64,000 bases of DNA from the NCBI GenBank assembly GCA_949298065.1, contig CASFUZ010000005.1, positions 2,139-66,138 on the forward strand. The letters run 5' to 3'. The DNA is from an uncultured Pseudomonadota bacterium. GTDB taxonomy: Bacteria > Pseudomonadota > Alphaproteobacteria > RF32 > CAG-239. The notes under the pieces were generated by a model, which was not told the DNA's origin, ran no database searches, and saw nothing but the letters and a program-made list of their open reading frames with translations. Shown here one piece after another: positions 19,901-29,097 of this stretch. Position 1 is the stretch's first letter. Each line of letters starts with the position of its first letter. Position numbers and translations under genes: made by a program.

Positions 19901-20528
19901 TTATGATATTGGCTTTGGCGGTTTGGATCACGCCATCGCATCTGGCAAGAACATCAATATCTTGGTAATGGATACGGGTGTTTACTCCAACACCGGCGGA
20001 CAACAGTCCAAAGCTACCCCGATGGGTGCTTCTGCTAAGTTCGCAACAGCAGGTAAATCTTTGCCGAAGAAAGACTTGGGTATGATTGCTATGTCTTATG
20101 GCAACGTTTATGTTGCTCAAGTTGCCTTTGGCGCTAACGATACACAGTTGATTAAGGCTTTGAACGAAGCTGAGGCTTATGATGGTCCTTCTATCGTTAT
20201 TGCTTACTCTCACTGTATCGCTCAAGGCTTCAACCTTGCTGATGGTTTGGAACACCAGAAGGCTGCTGTTGATACAGGTTCTTGGCCATTGTATCGTTAC
20301 AATCCGGAAAACATTGCTCAAGGCAAAGCTCCGTTGACTTTGGACTCCAAAGCTCCGAGCAAACCGCTTTCTGACTATATGTCAAACGAGACACGTTTCC
20401 AGATTGTTAACAAGATGAATCCTGAACGTTATGAAACCTTGCTCAACAAGGCTCAGGAAAACGTTAAGGAAAAACGTTCTCTATATGAACATATGGCTGA
20501 ATTTGCCATTAAGGAAGGCGCTGAATAA
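16962..20528 (+). CDS. nifJ: Pyruvate:ferredoxin (flavodoxin) oxidoreductase, single-chain
   Basis: 1188 aa. Two 4Fe-4S ferredoxin motifs (CIQCGKCSLVCPHG, CTGCGICVSACPA). TPP-binding GDGW motif (ILGGDGWAYDIGFGG). Overall PorA/NifJ architecture. Confidence 0.9.
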   Translation: MSDVKMKMMDGNEAAASVAHRMNEVCVIYPITPSSPMGEWADAWSAAKQKNIWGVVPEVQEMQSEAGAAGACHGSIQAGALTTTFTASQGLLLMIPNMYKIAGELSPFVMHVAARSLAYHALSIFGDHTDVMSCRQTGFAMLCSNSVQEAHDFAAIAQSSTLRSRVPFMHFFDGFRTSHEIKKIKVLSDDDLRAMLEGVNYQFNAEHALRPEAPVIRGTAQNPDVFFQGREACNPFYNKVEGIVQEEMDKFAKISGRKYNVVDYVGAADAEQVIVIMGSGAETVEETINYLNANGGKYGLVKVRLYRPFPTKSFLKALPKSVKVVNVLDRTKESGSIGEPLYLDVVATLTQAFANNEIASMPRIYGGRYGLSSKEFTPGMVKAVYDNGASAKAINGFSVGITDDVSKTSLPFDDSIDTEPKDVVRAVFFGLGADGTVGANKNSIKIIAEDAGKYGQGYFVYDSRKSGSMTTSHLRFSDNPIKAAYLINKADFVACHQFPFMSKVDILKIAKPSATFLLNAPYKAEEVWDHLPIEVQEEIINKKLNFYTINAVEVARETGMGQRINTVMQTCFFAISNILPKDEAIEQIKNAIKKTYSKKGDAIVQKNFQAVDASLAHLHKVEYPSSVTSKFHRQLPVPADAPEFIRKVTGEIIADRGNELPVSAFEKVVDGTWPTGTTQYEKRCIATEIPVWDPDTCIQCGKCSLVCPHGVIRMKVADEAELKNAPHGFKSAAYKGKEFAGKQFIWQMSPEDCTGCGICVSACPAKNKADPTKKAINMDHIENHLEEQKACWKFFDTLPYVKRTEVAKNLPKTTQMIQPLFEFSGACAGCGETPYIKLLTQLFGDRMVVANATGCSSIYSGNLPTTPYTKDEKGHGPAWANSLFEDNAEFGLGMRFSIDQQTKFARTLLEGLKDKVGELADKILNNPQSTDVEIDEQRNNIKALRDKLASINSEEAKSLSKLADYLIKKSVWILGGDGWAYDIGFGGLDHAIASGKNINILVMDTGVYSNTGGQQSKATPMGASAKFATAGKSLPKKDLGMIAMSYGNVYVAQVAFGANDTQLIKALNEAEAYDGPSIVIAYSHCIAQGFNLADGLEHQKAAVDTGSWPLYRYNPENIAQGKAPLTLDSKAPSKPLSDYMSNETRFQIVNKMNPERYETLLNKAQENVKEKRSLYEHMAEFAIKEGAE

Positions 20529-20553
20529 GCACTTCTGAGCAAAGAAAGTAAAA

Positions 20554-20586
20554 AAGCCCCTTAGCCGCAAGGTTAAGGGGTTTTTA
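20554..20586 (+). terminator. Rho-independent terminator after PFOR
   Basis: gccccttagccgcaaggttaaggggttttt: stem CCCCTTA/TAAGGGG followed by a T-run. Confidence 0.7.
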
Positions 20587-20679
20587 ATTGGCTGTATTTT
20601 TTTCTGTACAAATATTTGACAGAATTTCCAAAATATGATATATTCATTACATAATCAACATTTTCTAAGGAGAAATACT

Positions 20680-20991
20680 ATGACCCCCGTTCAATATAAC
20701 AGACCTCTCCCCAATCCCAAACCGCGCAAATTATATTGCCAACTTTCAGATAACCAGAAAGAAGTTGTAAGCCTGATATCCGAACTTTATATCCAAAGAG
20801 CCAATGCCAGAGGAGAACAGATTGCGCAACATCAAAGATTTGATTTATACAATCATTTTGCCAATCTTTACACCGAAGACCAATTAGATAAAAAGCACAA
20901 AGAATTATATAAAAACCGCAATAATTTTACGGAACAACAACGAAATCTCATCAACGATAACCGTTATTATGACCCTTTTGAAAGAAACTAA
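20680..20991 (+). CDS. Hypothetical protein
   Basis: 103 aa from ATG 20680, preceded by aaggaga. Starts MTPVQYNRPLPNPKP. No recognisable motif. Confidence 0.4.
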   Translation: MTPVQYNRPLPNPKPRKLYCQLSDNQKEVVSLISELYIQRANARGEQIAQHQRFDLYNHFANLYTEDQLDKKHKELYKNRNNFTEQQRNLINDNRYYDPFERN

Positions 20992-21103
20992 CAATAAAGT
21001 CATAGGGCACAAAAGCAAGATATGCACATTGGAAGCAACGCGATATAATAATGGTTCTCAAAGCAGCCATTGATGCGGTCAAGCTGGCAACAGCTTAAAA
21101 AAA

Positions 21104-21136
21104 AACGCAGTGTTTTTTCACAAAAACAACTGCGTT
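21104..21136. terminator. Possible bidirectional terminator hairpin between convergent genes
   Basis: aacgcagtg...caactgcgtt inverted repeat with A and T runs. The long loop makes it weak. Confidence 0.3.
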
Positions 21137-21161
21137 CCAAGGTTAACAAACAGGTCGGAGC

Positions 21162-21431
21162 TTATACATTAACACCGTAATGAGCCAAAATCTGCTGCAT
21201 ACGATCATAATCTTTATGCTCCGCCTCGGACAAATGTTCGTCCGTAAGAAGTTTACACTTTAATGCATTAAACTCTTTCCGCAATTTTTCCAAATCTTCT
21301 GCGGAATAAGCAACATGTGAGCTGGCAACTCTCTGATACTTTTTGCCAGATTTAATAATCTTTCCCATAACTGAAAAATTTTTAATTAATAAATCTATAA
21401 AACTAATCTCGGAAACTGCAATGTAGCACAT
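21162..21431 (-). CDS. Hypothetical small protein
   Basis: 89-aa ORF, possibly starting at the internal MGKIIKSGKK. No recognisable motif. Confidence 0.3.
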   Translation of the reverse strand: MCYIAVSEISFIDLLIKNFSVMGKIIKSGKKYQRVASSHVAYSAEDLEKLRKEFNALKCKLLTDEHLSEAEHKDYDRMQQILAHYGVNV

Positions 21432-21556
21432 TTTTTCAACTTGTAAACCTTTTTTGTCAAAAATTTCATTAAAACAAAAAAAATCTGTTGCATTTTAGAA
21501 AAAATAGCCCTAACTTGATTAGACAAAAAAGTATAAATCTTCAAATTATTATAACT

Positions 21557-22324
21557 ATGAATCACAAGTACTTACGACCGACAGATGACTTTTGTATGCT
21601 TAAGTCTCTGTCTGAAGCAAAACAAATGTTTGAAGCTGACGGTTTTTACGGCAAAGTAGCCTTAGGGCTAACCCGTCTTACAAGAACCGAACCTCTACCC
21701 AAAATGGTTTTAGGTAAGCGTCCTCCGGAACAGATTAACATCATCCAGTGGATTTGTTATGCCGGAACCAAAGGTATGGTTGGTATTCCTGCATTTTACC
21801 ACAAAGAAAATTATGCTGATTATGGAAACATTCAACTCCTTACGGAAATTCCGATTAGCACAACTTTTGTTGCGGATGAGGAAATATTCTGCTTTGAAAG
21901 AGAAAAAAACACAGACAACTCTTTCAACCCGACAATCTTTTCTTTGGCCTTTATTGACAATGAAGAAATGGCCATGTTCATAGCAAGGATTTGGGGAGAA
22001 AAGCCGGTTAGCGCCACCTTAAACAAACTAACAATCGTCAACAACGGCATTCTAAATACAGAATTTCCGTTGTGCGAAAATTATGTGGCTCCGATTTGGA
22101 AGGTTAAATGTGAAAACGGCGGTTTTCGTATGCTGGCAGCCTTCACGGATGATTATGCCATATTCTCAGAATATGACACAAAAACATTCAACTGGCAGCC
22201 TCTTTCGCCGGGAAAAAGCTTCATGAGAGATAACAAGCTCTACACTATTTCCGATTCGCCAACCTATGGCTATTGCTTCAAGGAAACAATGTCTGTATCC
22301 TTTAACAAAAAACCGTCTCCTTAA
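21557..22324 (+). CDS. Hypothetical protein
   Basis: 255 aa from ATG 21557 (MNHKYLRPTDD). No recognisable motif. Confidence 0.45.
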   Translation: MNHKYLRPTDDFCMLKSLSEAKQMFEADGFYGKVALGLTRLTRTEPLPKMVLGKRPPEQINIIQWICYAGTKGMVGIPAFYHKENYADYGNIQLLTEIPISTTFVADEEIFCFEREKNTDNSFNPTIFSLAFIDNEEMAMFIARIWGEKPVSATLNKLTIVNNGILNTEFPLCENYVAPIWKVKCENGGFRMLAAFTDDYAIFSEYDTKTFNWQPLSPGKSFMRDNKLYTISDSPTYGYCFKETMSVSFNKKPSP

Positions 22325-22347
22325 CCGGACACGGTTTTTTTGTTGGC

Positions 22348-23469
22348 TTATTTCAAATTATTTGGATTCAGACATTCAAGCTCCGGTAAAACAAAAAGCC
22401 CATCCTTGCGGATTAACACGTCATCAAACCAGATTTCGCCTCCGCCATGCGCCGCATCTTGCATCTGGATTAAATCCCAGTGGTTAGCGGAACGATTGCC
22501 GTTAAAAGCAAAATCATAGGCATTGCCGATAGCCATATGGAAAGACCCGCCGATTTTTTCATCAAACAGAATATCTAAGATTGGGTGCGTAATATGCGGA
22601 TTAACGCCAAGCGCAAATTCGCCCATATAGCGAGAACCTTCATCCGTTTCCAAAATATCTTGCAATACATCTTCATTAAGCTGAGATGATGCTCTCACTA
22701 TTTGACCATTTTTAAACTCCAGCCATATACGAGAAAATACCGTTCCCCGATAAGCACTATCCGTATTAAACTGCACATAGCCATTAATTGAATCTTTGAC
22801 CGGAGCCGTATAGACTTCACCATCGGGAATATTCCTTTTTCCCTCGCTCTTAACCACGGGAATTCCTTTAATTGAAAATTCCAAATGCGTATCCGGCGCG
22901 ATGATTTTGACCTTATCTGTTTTCTCCATCAACTTCTGTAAAGCAGTCATCGCCTCACCCATTTTATGATAATCCAACAGACAAGCATTAAAGTAAAAAT
23001 CTTCAAAATCTTTAAGCGACATTTTGGACATTGCCGCCATCGTCACATTCGGAAAGCGCATCACGCACCAACGCTTATTAAGGCGAACCTGCGTATGCAC
23101 CTTCTCGCCAAAACACTTAGACCACAGCGTATTTTTTTCCATCGGCAATTCAGATAAAGCAAAAATATCATCAAAACCTCTGACTGCCACATAAGCATCA
23201 ACACTTTCCATAATCTTGCGATGTATACCGGCATAAGCTTCTATCTGCTCCGCTGTTGCATCACGTAAAAAATCTTTAATAAAAGCATTATCATTGCAAA
23301 AATAAAACGGCACGCCCCCTGCGCGTATAACCGCAGCAATTAGCTCTTCAAACAACGGCAAAGCCGATTGCCCGAAGCACTCCACATAAACCTTATCGCC
23401 TTTTTTAACCTCTATGGAATAATTGACGACATTTTGTGCCAATTTTACAATTCGCTCATCTCTTTTCAT
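22348..23469 (-). CDS. Aminopeptidase, M29 (AmpS/PepS-like) family
   Basis: 373 aa. Resemblance to the thermophilic metalloprotease M29 family (N-terminal MKRDERIVKLAQNVVNYS..KKGDKV, conserved His/Glu/Asp-rich core). Confidence 0.5.
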   Translation of the reverse strand: MKRDERIVKLAQNVVNYSIEVKKGDKVYVECFGQSALPLFEELIAAVIRAGGVPFYFCNDNAFIKDFLRDATAEQIEAYAGIHRKIMESVDAYVAVRGFDDIFALSELPMEKNTLWSKCFGEKVHTQVRLNKRWCVMRFPNVTMAAMSKMSLKDFEDFYFNACLLDYHKMGEAMTALQKLMEKTDKVKIIAPDTHLEFSIKGIPVVKSEGKRNIPDGEVYTAPVKDSINGYVQFNTDSAYRGTVFSRIWLEFKNGQIVRASSQLNEDVLQDILETDEGSRYMGEFALGVNPHITHPILDILFDEKIGGSFHMAIGNAYDFAFNGNRSANHWDLIQMQDAAHGGGEIWFDDVLIRKDGLFVLPELECLNPNNLK

Positions 23470-23470
23470 C

Positions 23471-24955
23471 TTATTTTTTCTCCGAATTTTTAAGATATTC
23501 CACCAATAACCTGATACCGAAACCGGTTGCGCCTTTCGGACACAAATCCGTTCCCTCTTTGGCTATCTCCAAATCTGCCATATCTATATGTGCCCAGCTG
23601 ATACCTTTTTGAATATAGCGCTGCAAAAAAGCCGCCGCTTGTGAACCATCTCCGACATTTTTGCCCACATTTTTCATATCTGCCTTATCAGAATCAATCC
23701 ACTTATCAAAGGCATCATTCATCGGCAAGCGCCACAAAAGTTCATCAGTCGCTTTTCCTGCCTCAATCAAATCAGCAATCAATTTATCATCATTTCCGAA
23801 CACACCGGCATATAATCCCCCCAAAGCATAAGCCACCGTTCCGGTCAAAGTTGCAATATCAATAACTTTTTTAGGCTTAAATTTTTCTTGCCCGAACCAC
23901 AGCAAATCTGCCAAGAGCATCCGCCCTTCTCCATCCGTATTAATAACCTCCACGGTTTGTCCGGACATAGAATGAATAACATCATTAGGCCGCATGGCGC
24001 TGCCGGAAGGCATATTTTCAACCAAACCGACCACCGCGGCCACATTAATTTTTCTTTTTTGCAAAGCAATCGCCTTCATTGTTGCCACGACAGCGGCAGC
24101 TCCTGCCATATCGGCAAACATATTCACCAAATCTTTGGTGGTTTTTAAGTTAATTCCGCCGGCATCATAGGTAACGCCTTTACCCACCAAAAGCGTATCA
24201 ATATCTTTGTTTTTCTTATCTCCGCGCCAAACCATAACGGCGGCACGCGGTTTGTTCACAGACCCTTTGGCGACATCTAAAAGCAAATTAAAATTCTGCT
24301 TTTTCAACGCCTTTTCATCCAAAATTTCAACATCAAGCTTCAAATATTTCAAGCGTTCAATATCAGCGGCAAAAACCTCCGGTGTCAGATAATTTGCCGG
24401 CTCATTAACCAAATCTCGCCCATAACGCACGGCATTTGCCAAAGAGGCAAAATCCGTAAAGCCTTCGGTTGTTTTGTCGTCAAACTTTTCGCCCTCAAAA
24501 CAAACTGTTTCCAAAGCCGGATAATCTTCCGCTTTCTTTTGTGTAAAATACTTATCAAAATAATAATTTCCGAGCTCCAAGCCTAACGCCAATTGATAAG
24601 CTGTTGCCTTATAATCCAAATCACAACCTTTAATTCCATCACACCAAATTTTTGCCACCCGGCTCTTGCTCAAGAGTTGCGCCAATTTTCCACCGCAGAG
24701 CAAAAAATCAAGTCTTTGCGGCTTTTCGCCCAAACCAATAACAATCAATTTTGCTTTTTTTGCATAAGTTTCAACACTTTTTCCTCGTTCTCCGGCAAAT
24801 TTTGCATTTTTTAAAACAGCATGCAACAAAGCCGCCTCTTCTTTGTCCAAAAATTCATTATATGCCGAGTCGCGAAACACCTGATTTTCAGATAACAAAA
24901 TCACTTTTGCATCACATTTTTGAGGACATTTTCCATTGAAAATCATCTCAAGCAT
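23471..24955 (-). CDS. pepA: Leucyl aminopeptidase (M17)
   Basis: M17 signature NTDAEGRL (VINTDGEGRMLLAD). Start at internal Met 24955 is supported by a strong SD (agggggaag) 6 nt upstream. The ORF-track start at 25000 is likely too long. Confidence 0.85.
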   Translation of the reverse strand: MLEMIFNGKCPQKCDAKVILLSENQVFRDSAYNEFLDKEEAALLHAVLKNAKFAGERGKSVETYAKKAKLIVIGLGEKPQRLDFLLCGGKLAQLLSKSRVAKIWCDGIKGCDLDYKATAYQLALGLELGNYYFDKYFTQKKAEDYPALETVCFEGEKFDDKTTEGFTDFASLANAVRYGRDLVNEPANYLTPEVFAADIERLKYLKLDVEILDEKALKKQNFNLLLDVAKGSVNKPRAAVMVWRGDKKNKDIDTLLVGKGVTYDAGGINLKTTKDLVNMFADMAGAAAVVATMKAIALQKRKINVAAVVGLVENMPSGSAMRPNDVIHSMSGQTVEVINTDGEGRMLLADLLWFGQEKFKPKKVIDIATLTGTVAYALGGLYAGVFGNDDKLIADLIEAGKATDELLWRLPMNDAFDKWIDSDKADMKNVGKNVGDGSQAAAFLQRYIQKGISWAHIDMADLEIAKEGTDLCPKGATGFGIRLLVEYLKNSEKK

Positions 24956-25098
24956 TATTCTTCCCCCTAAAATAGTAACATTTTTAAAGATTATACACAA
25001 AAAACAATAACAAAAGCCTAATTTAAACTAGTCAAAAGCAAAAAAATATTGTACAATTTGGACAAAATTACAATTTTATCCAGAAAAAGAGACAAAAA

Positions 25099-26970
25099 TT
25101 GGCCAAGAAGCGCATAGAAAAATTAGAAGGTGCTTTTCCCGACTTCTTAGATGAAGAACAAACCTCTCTTGACCAAATTTTTGACATCATCTCCCTCTCT
25201 TTCCAACCCCAAGCCCCTGACGCCCCCGTACTTTCCAAAGATGCGCTTGAAGCTGCTGATAGTCTTTACGACAACAAAATTTCAAAAATCTGCGACGACA
25301 TTCTCTCTCTTGAGCAAAATGCAGCCACTCTAATTCAAGCTGATATTGAAAACCTTTACAAAGGAAGCTTCGTTAGAGATTATGCCAAACGCTTCCAAAT
25401 CAGCGAAAAAGAAGCAAAAGAACAGTTACGTCAAGATTTAGCAGAGAAGCTTAATGCCTTGGGTATGAATTGCATAGACAAGCGACACTACGCATTGCCC
25501 CGCGAGATTAAACATATTATTCGTATGGATTTTTACGGCACCATTGATAAGATTGATGAAAAAAATGATGGTAAGTCAGCTAAAGAACTATCCCACATCT
25601 ACCTCAACCGCAATCCACAAAAGACCGAAGATATCAGACTTCAAGACTATGACTTGACAGCATCACCGATTTGGATGATATATCGGCAGTTCAGAAGTTT
25701 TCGTCTTCTGGAAAGAAATCTGCCCAAACTTCTCAAAGATGCAGGCATCACTCCAGAGGAATTTATACATCTTAATGCCTATGACATTTCTCAGGTTTTA
25801 TACAATCACTACATTAACAAAAGCAAGCCCGATGCTGATAAATCAGAGCGGGCAAATTTGTTTTTAGGAGCCAAATATCGTTTTGTTAAAACCTTCATTC
25901 GCCACAACAAGAAAGCTTTCAAACATATTATGAACTTACGAGGCGTAGACCCACGTTATACGGACACCCTCATTAAGAATATGGAACAATACGGCATAAC
26001 CTCTGGCTTTGATGTCGTTGAAAAAGAATACACTGCAGAAACACTGGAAATCTTAAAGAAACACAAACTCGTGCCGGAAGATACTGAAGTTGGCTCTCCG
26101 ATAAAAGACAAAGAAATTTCAAAAATAAAAAAAGCTGGACTAATTAATCTAATTTTAGCAAGAGATGAGAATGGGAATCCCGTAACCGGACCGGATATTA
26201 CCATTCATCACAAAATTGCCGTTCAAGATAGTGGCGAAAGAACCAACTTTGCCGAAGTTAACCAGTTTCAAAATCTTTGTATTATCATTGAACCCTACCA
26301 CTTTTTTGCACACTCACTAGATCGTACAAAGAATATAAACGGAGCCGAATGCTACGTTTCAAGAATTGAGATTGGAAAAAGAGTTGCCTTTTATGGCGGT
26401 TTCAATAAAATTTTCCAACTGGAACATGACTTTGGAATGCCGCATTATAACGAATATGACCACGAAGTCTTAAAACAAATCGGCCTCCAACAAAACGCTG
26501 ATAGTGAAATAACGTCCTATTGGGACGAGCAAAAAAAGCTCTCCCGCCGCAAAAAATTTTCGCGAAAAAAGAAAAAAATCCACTCAAAAGAAAAAACAGA
26601 AAAAGAAAAGACCCCACATAAACAAAAGAAAAAAGAAAACTTTTCGCAGCCCGACAAAATGGAGCAAAAAAACAATATATCTCAAGCAAAGAAAATTCCT
26701 CTGAAAGATACTGCACAATCTTCAAAAGCAGAAAAACAAGAAAACAGCTCATCAAAACCGCATATTTTATCCAAACGCATAGAACAACTTACGCGCAAAA
26801 GAGATGAATACAACAAAATTCGTGCCGAGCTCATAGAAAAGCGCAAACAATATCTAAGCTTGCGTGCCGCCAAAAAATCTGCCATAAAAACTATTAGTCA
26901 ATTTGAAGATGACGAAAAATTTGAGAAATTTATTCAATATGCCATAAGGATGCAAAATAAACAAAAATGA
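25099..26970 (+). CDS. Large uncharacterised protein with internal HNH-like nuclease motif and Lys-rich C-terminal tail (putative toxin)
   Basis: 623 aa. IHHKIAVQDSGERTNFAEVNQFQNLCIIIEPYHFFAH fits a His-Me finger (HNH) pattern and is homologous to the motif in the 208-aa ORF at 41829. Residues ~470-623 are a K/R-rich tail (SRRKKFSRKKKKIHSKEK...). Translationally coupled (ATGA) to an immunity-like ORF. Confidence 0.4.
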   Translation: MAKKRIEKLEGAFPDFLDEEQTSLDQIFDIISLSFQPQAPDAPVLSKDALEAADSLYDNKISKICDDILSLEQNAATLIQADIENLYKGSFVRDYAKRFQISEKEAKEQLRQDLAEKLNALGMNCIDKRHYALPREIKHIIRMDFYGTIDKIDEKNDGKSAKELSHIYLNRNPQKTEDIRLQDYDLTASPIWMIYRQFRSFRLLERNLPKLLKDAGITPEEFIHLNAYDISQVLYNHYINKSKPDADKSERANLFLGAKYRFVKTFIRHNKKAFKHIMNLRGVDPRYTDTLIKNMEQYGITSGFDVVEKEYTAETLEILKKHKLVPEDTEVGSPIKDKEISKIKKAGLINLILARDENGNPVTGPDITIHHKIAVQDSGERTNFAEVNQFQNLCIIIEPYHFFAHSLDRTKNINGAECYVSRIEIGKRVAFYGGFNKIFQLEHDFGMPHYNEYDHEVLKQIGLQQNADSEITSYWDEQKKLSRRKKFSRKKKKIHSKEKTEKEKTPHKQKKKENFSQPDKMEQKNNISQAKKIPLKDTAQSSKAEKQENSSSKPHILSKRIEQLTRKRDEYNKIRAELIEKRKQYLSLRAAKKSAIKTISQFEDDEKFEKFIQYAIRMQNKQK

Positions 26971-27377
26971 ATGAACTAATCAAACATATCAAACAAACAG
27001 CTTCCGCACGCTTAGCTGCACCGGTAAACACACAAAAAATTATTCTTTGCCAAAAAGAACTCACCCAAAACGGCAATGCCATGCTCCCTGATGCCTTTTT
27101 GGTGATTTTACACAGTTTTAATGCTGTTTCTTATGACGGAGCCAGAATTTTCGGCATAAATCCTGAAAGCAAAAATTTTATGGATATTGTTTTAGCCAAC
27201 CAAATGAGCCCCCTTGCCGGAAAGCAAAATATAGTTATTTTAGGTTGCGATGAATTTGATTATCTCGCCTACAATACAGAAACACAAACTTATCAAATCA
27301 TTGACAAAGAAGACCTTGAAGTGTTAGAAGAATATTCAGAGATTGAACCGGCCGTAAAGCACATTTTAAAGATTTAA
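26967..27377 (+). CDS. SUKH (SMI1/KNR4)-like immunity protein candidate
   Basis: 136 aa. LPDAFLVILHSFNAVSYDGARIFGI resembles the SUKH N-terminal motif. Clear paralogue of the ORF at 42448 (shared ELT..N.A.LP/IP..L..G..IFG/FYG and LAYNTETQTYQIID/LLYNENEKVYTIAD). Confidence 0.45.
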   Translation: MNELIKHIKQTASARLAAPVNTQKIILCQKELTQNGNAMLPDAFLVILHSFNAVSYDGARIFGINPESKNFMDIVLANQMSPLAGKQNIVILGCDEFDYLAYNTETQTYQIIDKEDLEVLEEYSEIEPAVKHILKI

Positions 27378-27380
27378 GCA

Positions 27381-28328
27381 ATGAAGAATATCTACGAACC
27401 TAATGAACAAAATATGAAGCTTGCCGCCCAAACCATTAAAGATGGCGGTTTAGTCGCTATGCCAACCGAAACCGTTTACGGCTTAGGTGCGAATGTCTAT
27501 ATTGCTTCAGCCGTTGCCAAAATTTTTGAGGCCAAACAACGCCCTTTTTTTGACCCGCTGATTTCACATATTGCCGAAATTGATTTCTTAAAAACCTACG
27601 CCCAAACAGATGAAAGAATTATATCTCTGGCAAAGAAGTTTTGGCCGGGACCTTTAACTATGGTTCTAAAACGCATAGACAATAATTCCGCCATAGATTT
27701 AGCTTGTTCTGGTTTGCGCAACATTGCCGTGCGTATGCCGGCACATCCTGTTGCTCTAAACTTAATCAAAAAAAGTGGCGTACCTATTGTTGCTCCTTCA
27801 GCCAACAAGTTCAAATCCATCAGTCCGACAATGGCTCAACACGTTTTTGACAGTTTAGGCAGTAAGGTTGATATGATTTTAGACGGTGGTGCATGCCGCG
27901 TGGGCGTTGAATCCACCATTATTGACGTTACCGGAAAGAACATTGTCATTTTGCGCGCCGGCGGAACTTCTAAAGAAGATTTGGAAAAATTCTTAAACGA
28001 AAAGGTCTTGCTCTCAGACGGCGCCCCCAACAAACCAAGCGCCCCCGGACAATTGCTCAAGCATTACGCCCCTGAACATCCTTTACGCATTAACGCCGCC
28101 ACCCGCCAACCCGGAGAATTTTTCATCGGCTTTGGCAATATTGCAGACTGCGACTTAAACTTAAGCCCAAGCGGAGATTTATGTGAGGCGGCAGCAAATC
28201 TTTTTGCTTTTTTAAGAGAAGCGGACAAAGTCAAAGGTTATAAAGGTTTGGCTATGTCTCCCATACCGGAAACGGGTTTAGGCTTGGCTATCAACGACCG
28301 CATTCGCCGCGCCTCATATAAGGCTTAA
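27381..28328 (+). CDS. tsaC: L-threonylcarbamoyladenylate synthase (Sua5/YrdC type, t6A biosynthesis)
   Basis: 315 aa. YrdC signature VAMPTETVYGLGANV plus a Sua5 C-terminal domain. Confidence 0.8.
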   Translation: MKNIYEPNEQNMKLAAQTIKDGGLVAMPTETVYGLGANVYIASAVAKIFEAKQRPFFDPLISHIAEIDFLKTYAQTDERIISLAKKFWPGPLTMVLKRIDNNSAIDLACSGLRNIAVRMPAHPVALNLIKKSGVPIVAPSANKFKSISPTMAQHVFDSLGSKVDMILDGGACRVGVESTIIDVTGKNIVILRAGGTSKEDLEKFLNEKVLLSDGAPNKPSAPGQLLKHYAPEHPLRINAATRQPGEFFIGFGNIADCDLNLSPSGDLCEAAANLFAFLREADKVKGYKGLAMSPIPETGLGLAINDRIRRASYKA

Positions 28329-28344
28329 TTTACTGGAATAGAAT

Positions 28345-29097
28345 ATGCTCAATTTCTCCGAAGATTATCTGCTGGACAAACAAGTTAAAATATTTCAACC
28401 GCTAAACGGCTATCGCGCCTCTACGGACGCTGTTATTTTATCTTCGCTTATTGCAGAGCTCAAAAAAGATGCTTCTGTTTTAGATGTCGGCTCCGGAACA
28501 GGAGCAATTTCCTTATGCTTGGCTGAAAGATTTAAGAATATCCGCCCGCAAATTACTGGACTTGAACTTCAACCTGAACTGGTAGGTTTCTCAAATCAAA
28601 GTGCCCAAGCAAACGGATTCGCAGATTTTCTCTCTTTCCTTCAAGCAGATATATCTGATAAAAAAACTTGTCCAAAACCCTGCTCTTTTTCTCATGTCAT
28701 CACCAACCCGCCTTATTCGGAACATGATATGCCCTCTCCCAACGCCAGCAAAGCCTTTGCGCACAATGGCAAAAGTTTCAAGCTTTCGGAATGGATAGCC
28801 TTTTGTATCAAGATGCTCCGCCCGCAAGGTTATTTTTATATGATAAACAGAGCTGAAGCCCTACCCGAAATTTTGGCTTGTCTGTATGGCAAATTAGGCG
28901 AAATAAACATATTTCCGCTTTATTCCAAACCCAAGCAAAAAGCCAAAAGAGTAATCATCTGTGCAAGAAAAGACTCAAAAGCTCCGGCCATCATCCATCA
29001 GGGTCTAATCATTCATAACGCTGATGGCACATACAACCAAACAGCACACAAAATTCTCCGGTCCGGACAGTCTTTAAAAGAAGCTTTGCAAAATTAA
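28345..29097 (+). CDS. N6-adenine methyltransferase, YfiC/TrmN6-like (tRNA m6A37) family
   Basis: 250 aa. Motif I VLDVGSGTGAISL and the NPPY tetrapeptide (VITNPPY) typical of small N6-adenine MTases. Confidence 0.55.
   Translation: MLNFSEDYLLDKQVKIFQPLNGYRASTDAVILSSLIAELKKDASVLDVGSGTGAISLCLAERFKNIRPQITGLELQPELVGFSNQSAQANGFADFLSFLQADISDKKTCPKPCSFSHVITNPPYSEHDMPSPNASKAFAHNGKSFKLSEWIAFCIKMLRPQGYFYMINRAEALPEILACLYGKLGEINIFPLYSKPKQKAKRVIICARKDSKAPAIIHQGLIIHNADGTYNQTAHKILRSGQSLKEALQN

Noticed and set aside
17064-20321. Multiple antisense ORFs (85-193 aa) within the PFOR gene
   Set aside because: They are embedded in a 1188-aa gene with strong motif support and are typical long antisense frames of an expressed gene.
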